Virus record (IMG/VR): IMGVR_UViG_3300042397_002774
Span: 96,927 to 160,926 of that record
Origin: a virus
Direction: 5' to 3' (one strand)
Length of the DNA: 64,000 nt
Below are positions 58,702-64,000 of this stretch, piece by piece (the first letter of the stretch is position 1; each line of letters starts with the position of its first letter). The notes below the pieces were generated by a model that was given only the letters and a program-made list of their open reading frames with translations, did not search any database and was not told where the DNA came from. Made by a program: the position numbers and the translations under genes.

Positions 58702-58749
58702 AAAAGAGTTTCCGGTTATGCTACATATAAATATAGCAACCGGAAACTC
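58702..58749 (-). terminator. Long hairpin with U-tract enclosing the ATATTTAT motif
   Basis: GAGTTTCCGGTT...AACCGGAAACTC-TTTT, between the endolysin stop and the next ATG. Confidence 0.7.
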
Positions 58750-58776
58750 CTATTTAATTATGTGTTATTTAAAATA

Positions 58777-59376
58777 TTATGCTAATAATGCATGATATTC
58801 TTTAAAGTGTTTAATTCTATCTGCTAATCCAATAGTTCCACCGTTAACACGCTTAGTGATTTGTGTAACAACTGCATCAGTTGCACCACCATCTGCTAAT
58901 TTATGTAAACCATTTTTACTGAAGAACCATGCAGCTGATAGTAAAGCATATTTTCCTGCTACTACTGTTGGGTCTGATATTAAGTCTTCATTAATAGATT
59001 TACCAAATGCAGTATAATTGTCTTTTCCTGTTAATTGAATATAACCACGGCCACAGAATTTAGCACCATCACCAGAAGATTCAGGTCCATTACCCATTCT
59101 ATTACCGTAAACCTTGTTAGCAATTTTTTCAGGTTTTCTAGCATATGCCGCAGCTGATGCTTCTGTTGGAAAATATTTTCTAAATGTGTTTGTTAATCCT
59201 TTAGCACTGTAATTCAAATTTTCTTTTGTTAGTCTAAATCCACCTGATTCATGACCACATTGTGCTAAGAAATGAGCTAATCTTAATGGAGTATTTATTT
59301 GGAATTTTTCCATAACTCCTGGAATTTGGGCTATGACCGCCTCGGGAATGTGTCCTTTTAATTTTTCTAGGTTCAT
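58777..59376 (-). CDS. Glycoside hydrolase family 19 endolysin
   Basis: 'AHFLAQCGHESGG', 'ENLNYS', 'GRGYIQLTGKDNY', 'SAAWF', 'TKRVNGGTIGLADR'. Confidence 0.93.
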   Translation of the reverse strand: MNLEKLKGHIPEAVIAQIPGVMEKFQINTPLRLAHFLAQCGHESGGFRLTKENLNYSAKGLTNTFRKYFPTEASAAAYARKPEKIANKVYGNRMGNGPESSGDGAKFCGRGYIQLTGKDNYTAFGKSINEDLISDPTVVAGKYALLSAAWFFSKNGLHKLADGGATDAVVTQITKRVNGGTIGLADRIKHFKEYHALLA

Positions 59377-59388
59377 ATTTTATTTAAT

Positions 59389-61218
59389 TTATAAAGTTAC
59401 AATTCTTCCTTGTATATCTATATCTGGGAATCTGATTTCAAATATAGATGGGTCTAATGAAGGATACAATATATTATTTCTAATAGCACCATTAATATCA
59501 TAGCTATATGGAGAATAATTACCTCCAGATTTATTTACAATTTCAACCTTAGATATTGATTGAACTCCTCTAACTTGTAATAAAGTTGAATTTACATCAG
59601 ATATAACTAATGGTTTATTTATTTGCATATTTTCAATGCTAAATTTATCTTTTAATGCTTTTATACAATTACTTAATACTTCTTTATTATTAAACGTTGG
59701 TAAAACAGAAATATCAAAATTAATACCTATATTAAGATAATAAGCATTTTTAATATTAATAGCATCAGTGGCCATTCTATACTGTGATAAATAATTTTTA
59801 ATGTTATTTTTTAATACAGAAGATGGCATGATTAATTGTTTATTAGCGTTATATCCTAAAGTATATAAACTAATAGATAGTGGGTTATTATCTAATAAAC
59901 GATCATTTCCTGAATTTTGAGATAGAGCAAAATCATTAATTGCATATACTTTAGCTACAGAACCAAAATGACTAGGCATACTAAGTACTCTATTAATGTA
60001 ATCTTCTTTAGTTACTACTCTATTTTGAGAAGAGAATGAATAAAGGGTATTTTGTCTAATTTCTTCAACAGTATCTTCATCTCTACCCCCAACCGCAGGT
60101 TCAGGATTAGTTATAATCATACTATTAAAAATATCAGTATTTTGTGGAGATGTTACATTACCATTAAAAGTAATATCAGCTAAATTAAACTTTCTATTTA
60201 CGATTTCATTAGATGAAATATTAGAAGCAACACCACCACCTACAAGATATTTTATAGTTAAAACACCTGTTGGTGCTAATCCATATTCTCTAGTAGTTAC
60301 TACGGTTGCTTTATTAAATGAATTAGCTGGGTCATATACGTTAGCATCTATACCAATACTTAAATTATTTGGATTAGGTAGTATAGAAGAATCTGAAGAT
60401 GAATTAATACCTGCTCCAAATTGTAATTCTAAATCGCCATTTTCTTTAAATCTAGTAACAAATCTTTTAGGTGATTCTATATAACTTAATAAATACGGAA
60501 TAGAATCTGTATTATAAGTTGGGTTTGTTGCTCTTTGTGGGATACCTTGTTGCGCTAAATATGGTACTTCATACCAAATTCCATTTGTACTATCTGTTAC
60601 TTGTAATATATTTAATATTTGATTATCAGATATAGTAGTACTTGTGAATTTTTGAGGGGTTTGTCCAAAATCAACAGTAGTAGTTTTAATTTCTGCTGAA
60701 ATTGCTTTTACAGTTTTTGTAACTCTAGCAAATCCTGTATTTTCAAAGAATATAGTTCTATTTTCTTCTTTAGAAAAATCAACTAATTCAGTAGTTAAAA
60801 ATTTTACACCATTTATACTTTCAACAACACTATTCTCAGGAATTATCATATAATAATTGCTGTCTGGGATTTGGGTATTGTTTAATAAATTAGTAATTAA
60901 TGGTACTCTTTGAGACATTTGCAAATCAACATATGAAGCATATGACATTTTAGGTCTATACCCCAAAGCATAAGCTAAAGATAAAGCATTGCTTTTTTCT
61001 TTTGTATATAAGAGTAAATTTTCTTGGAATTGAGTGTCTAGATAAAAAGATAAAACGTCTCCTACATAAGAAGCCATTTCAATAAACATCATTCCTGGTG
61101 ATGCATCTGAAAAATCATTATGTACTGTAGGGAAATAAGTTTTAGCATGATTAATCAAAGTTGATTTAAAATCACTAAAACTTTTGTTTAAATACGATAT
61201 GTTTTTTGTTTCAGACAT
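59389..61218 (-). CDS. Baseplate wedge protein (gp6 / baseplate J-like)
   Basis: 'DFSDASPGMMFIEMASYVGDVLSFYLD', 'LQFG.G', 'GGRDEDTVEEIR', 'QNRVVTKEDY'. Confidence 0.9.
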   Translation of the reverse strand: MSETKNISYLNKSFSDFKSTLINHAKTYFPTVHNDFSDASPGMMFIEMASYVGDVLSFYLDTQFQENLLLYTKEKSNALSLAYALGYRPKMSYASYVDLQMSQRVPLITNLLNNTQIPDSNYYMIIPENSVVESINGVKFLTTELVDFSKEENRTIFFENTGFARVTKTVKAISAEIKTTTVDFGQTPQKFTSTTISDNQILNILQVTDSTNGIWYEVPYLAQQGIPQRATNPTYNTDSIPYLLSYIESPKRFVTRFKENGDLELQFGAGINSSSDSSILPNPNNLSIGIDANVYDPANSFNKATVVTTREYGLAPTGVLTIKYLVGGGVASNISSNEIVNRKFNLADITFNGNVTSPQNTDIFNSMIITNPEPAVGGRDEDTVEEIRQNTLYSFSSQNRVVTKEDYINRVLSMPSHFGSVAKVYAINDFALSQNSGNDRLLDNNPLSISLYTLGYNANKQLIMPSSVLKNNIKNYLSQYRMATDAINIKNAYYLNIGINFDISVLPTFNNKEVLSNCIKALKDKFSIENMQINKPLVISDVNSTLLQVRGVQSISKVEIVNKSGGNYSPYSYDINGAIRNNILYPSLDPSIFEIRFPDIDIQGRIVTL

Positions 61219-61628
61219 TATTCAAAGTTAATTTGTATTTCATCCGCTTCTCCTGATATTCTCATACTATATTCAACTTTTACATTTACATAGTTTTGAT
61301 CTGGTTCAGGGGTAATGATTACGTTTTCTAAATTTATTTCAGGTATAAATGTTTGTACACCAACCCTTATGTTATTATTAATTTTATTAATATTATCCGT
61401 GTTGATAAAATCAAATATAGACTTTTTAATATCACAACCAAATTCAGGATTTTCAACTCTTTCACCTTTATTAGTTAATAAAAGATTAATCAAATTATAT
61501 TTTACCTGTTCTTTAGTACTATACGTGCTTTTAAAAGCAGAGAACTTATTAAAAGGAATACTAAGACCAATTGCAATATTTTTTTGCAAATCTCTAGGAT
61601 CAACACGATATATTCTTGGTGTAGGCAT
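61218..61628 (-). CDS. Baseplate wedge protein gp25-like
   Basis: 'NLINLLLTNKGERVENPEFGCDI'. Confidence 0.9.
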   Translation of the reverse strand: MPTPRIYRVDPRDLQKNIAIGLSIPFNKFSAFKSTYSTKEQVKYNLINLLLTNKGERVENPEFGCDIKKSIFDFINTDNINKINNNIRVGVQTFIPEINLENVIITPEPDQNYVNVKVEYSMRISGEADEIQINFE

Positions 61629-61984
61629 TATCCTTGTGATTGTAACATTTGTCTCATTTCTTGAGGACTAAGGTTATTAGCAGTATCATTAATAAAAGCA
61701 GCAAATGGGTTATCACTATTTGGATCTACTTGTAGGTTTTTTGATTGAGGTTTAGCACCTGCTGGCATTCCGAACATTTCTGCCATTTTGTTACCAACTT
61801 GTGACCTCATCCCAACACTGTGAACATCCCCACTATCAAATGATAATGAACGATTTTCAGTAAGTGGTTTACTTTGTACAGCATTTCCACTTTTTAATTG
61901 TTCCAATAACATTAAGCCAATTTCTTCACGAACTGCTTCGCGAACTGCTTCTTTAATAACTGATTTGAATTGTTTAGCATCCAT
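61628..61984 (-). CDS. Hypothetical protein
   Basis: Starts MDAKQFKSVIKEAVREAVREE. Confidence 0.7.
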   Translation of the reverse strand: MDAKQFKSVIKEAVREAVREEIGLMLLEQLKSGNAVQSKPLTENRSLSFDSGDVHSVGMRSQVGNKMAEMFGMPAGAKPQSKNLQVDPNSDNPFAAFINDTANNLSPQEMRQMLQSQG

Positions 61985-61995
61985 AATAATAAATA

Positions 61996-63279
61996 TTAAG
62001 CTTTAAGATTTTGTTGATCTATGATTAATTTAAGTTCTTCAATAAGAATGTCAGGGTCTAGTGTAAAAGAACGTTGAGATTGTAATACTTCATTCTTATC
62101 TCGATTTAAAGCAACCGCATAACGACGAGAATTTCCAGCCACGACGAATCTTGAATCGTTTTCTTCTTTTATAGCAAATGTAAATCCTTTATAACCTGAA
62201 TCTATAGTACCTAAGTTTCCTGATGGTGATAATGTTTGTAAAACTGCATCTAAATCAGTTCTATCAAATGCTGCTAAATTTGAAGGCTCGTCAAAAAATT
62301 TATCAATTTCTTTAAGTCTTTCTTTTTGTTCTTCTAATTCTTCAATAATTCTGTCTAATAATAATCTTATAATAGAAATAGCAGCTAATAACCCAGTTAA
62401 TATTTCAACAGCTAATTCATATTTTTTTCTAAATCTTTCTTTAGCTGGTGTTACAATATCAGGTAAAGGTCCTGGGGGTGTAGGTAATGGTAAAAGCACA
62501 TCAGCTAACACTAGTATAATATCTAATATAGATAATATAAGTGAAATTCTTTCTAAAATACTCTTTATTGAATTAATTTTAGCTTCATTTTCATTTATAA
62601 TTCTAATAGCATTATTTCTTAATAAAGTTGCTTTTTTAACGTCTTCTTTAGATTGAATATTATCAATAACACTATTAACATTATCAACTAATTCTTCAAT
62701 TCTTTTATTTCTTACTGAAACTAGTTGACAAGTTATAGTTAAAGAAGCCATGATTATAGGAACAGGATTCTTTTTAGCGGCATTTAATGCTCCTCTTAAT
62801 AAATCTTTTATTATTTTAGCATTTTTGCCTTTAACTCTTTTATGACTTTTCCTTAAAATACCTTTAATTTTTTCATCTGCTAATTTTAATTTAGCATTAA
62901 TTGCTTCTTTACTATTACTAATTAATTTTTGATAATCCTCTGTTTTATCAGCTATAAAATCTTGTAATTCTTCTTGTTCCTTATCAAAATTACCTTGTAC
63001 AATTTGCTTAATCCTATCAGCCTCTTCCCTAGTAATTGACTTATTCTCAATACGTTTATCTAAATCTGCAAATTTACCAAAAGTATCTGTTTTTAAAGTT
63101 TCAACTTTGCTTTTAGCTTCTTCAATATCGTTTAAAATACGTTGAATAGGGCTTGTTGTTAGTTGTTTTAGCTTATCTTTTGCTAATTTCTCTACATTTA
63201 TATTTTTAAGAGATTCTAATTTACTTTTAGCGGCTGATGCATTAGATGCTAACCCTGATATGTTGATTGTATTAGACAT
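61996..63279 (-). CDS. Coiled-coil protein with hydrophobic helices
   Basis: 427 aa; hydrophobic stretches flanking PLPTPPGP; between gp5-like and gp25 genes. Confidence 0.65.
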   Translation of the reverse strand: MSNTINISGLASNASAAKSKLESLKNINVEKLAKDKLKQLTTSPIQRILNDIEEAKSKVETLKTDTFGKFADLDKRIENKSITREEADRIKQIVQGNFDKEQEELQDFIADKTEDYQKLISNSKEAINAKLKLADEKIKGILRKSHKRVKGKNAKIIKDLLRGALNAAKKNPVPIIMASLTITCQLVSVRNKRIEELVDNVNSVIDNIQSKEDVKKATLLRNNAIRIINENEAKINSIKSILERISLILSILDIILVLADVLLPLPTPPGPLPDIVTPAKERFRKKYELAVEILTGLLAAISIIRLLLDRIIEELEEQKERLKEIDKFFDEPSNLAAFDRTDLDAVLQTLSPSGNLGTIDSGYKGFTFAIKEENDSRFVVAGNSRRYAVALNRDKNEVLQSQRSFTLDPDILIEELKLIIDQQNLKA

Positions 63280-64000
63280 TATTTTGCTACTCTTACTTTC
63301 TGTGATTTAATTTTTTCTAATTTAGGGATTAAATTATCTACTGATTCTTTTAATCCTCTGGCGGCAGTATTAAGTTGAGTTATAGGACTACCTTTAGATC
63401 CATTTAATGCTGAAGAGCATATAGTACTAAATGAAGATAAACTTGTAAGTAATGAGTTTAATAATTTAATAGTTTCATTACCTAATAGTACTGGTTCTTC
63501 AGGGACTAAGCTACCATTTAATCCTAAAAGAATAGTAGGTGAATTAATTACAAATTTATCATCAGCATCTAAACTAATAGTATTTTTTGTATACAATTCA
63601 ATATTATTTTGAGCAAATACTAAAACATTTTCTTTTTTAGAATTTATAATAACTCTATCAGATGTTAGAATTGCTTGAGAACCTTCTAAATATTTGTTTG
63701 GTAGAGAGGTTGTAGAAAGAGGATTTAATTTTGTCTTAGATACCTCTAATGGAACCTTTTGAGTAGATGTTAAATACAAAGCAGAAGCATCTTTATTAAT
63801 ATCTTCAACGTATAATTTGCCACTTCCAAAACTATGACCATTAGTTAAAATAGTAATAGGATCACCATTTTTCCCACTATCACTCCAAAAATTTTCTCCT
63901 GTATTAATTTTATTCGTAGAACCAAATCTTAAAGTATTTCCAAATCTTCCTTCAAGTATATAATCTCCTTCAAAAGGTAAAATTGATTCAATAGATTGAT
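63279..64000 (-). CDS. Baseplate hub/spike (gp5-like) protein, 5' end outside the window
   Basis: Frame is open to the window edge (…ILPFEGDYILEGRFGNTLRFGST…); 'ILTSDRVIINSK...EPVLLGN' beta-helix-like C-terminus. Confidence 0.55.
   Translation of the reverse strand, partial: QSIESILPFEGDYILEGRFGNTLRFGSTNKINTGENFWSDSGKNGDPITILTNGHSFGSGKLYVEDINKDASALYLTSTQKVPLEVSKTKLNPLSTTSLPNKYLEGSQAILTSDRVIINSKKENVLVFAQNNIELYTKNTISLDADDKFVINSPTILLGLNGSLVPEEPVLLGNETIKLLNSLLTSLSSFSTICSSALNGSKGSPITQLNTAARGLKESVDNLIPKLEKIKSQKVRVAK

Larger units (their letters stand above)
2057..61996 (-). promoter_or_regulatory. Dispersed ATATTTAT(A) upstream motif, probable late promoter (18 copies; span given, not one site)
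   Basis: Plus-strand (T)ATAAATAT at about 2057, 7544, 8979, 13794, 14503, 17455, 23569, 25466, 27068, 29009, 34091, 39991, 42842, 44308, 47765, 52871, 58726 and 61989, each just upstream of a minus-strand start. Confidence 0.75.

Noticed and set aside
1-64000. Stop-codon reassignment
   Set aside because: Core genes are full length in the standard code, and TAA, TAG and TGA all end genes at sensible junctions.

Overview
A 64-kb, AT-rich segment of a large T4-like myovirus genome. Essentially every real gene is on the minus strand and uses the standard code. In transcription order (right to left) it holds: baseplate genes (gp5-like partial, gp25, gp6), a GH19 endolysin, large virion proteins including an SprB-repeat protein, a GIY-YIG nuclease, primase, an exonuclease, a GT2 + PlcP/LpxH2-like pair, about 15 kb of accessory genes, the head module (terminase, portal, protease, scaffold, major capsid), PhoH, neck/tail-completion genes and three fibre genes (two collagen-like). 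A Bacteroidota host is suggested but not proven by the SprB repeats, one TTTG-N20-TATATTTA promoter and mostly absent Shine-Dalgarno sites. Main observations: (1) about 20 accessory proteins share three short tags, two of which are also in the scaffold and most of which end at or are bracketed by L/I-x-E protease-like sites, suggesting a modular capsid-cargo addressing system; (2) a PlcP-like phospholipase + glycosyltransferase pair suggests phosphate-scavenging lipid remodelling; (3) [S/T]-G-S tripeptides are strongly concentrated in exposed virion domains; (4) an ATATTTAT motif precedes 18 genes and in three places overlaps a hairpin; (5) a candidate pseudoknotted RNA lies at about 31.5 kb; (6) a virion gene appears split by an adhesin insertion. 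All protein family calls are from motif recognition by eye; no database search was run.
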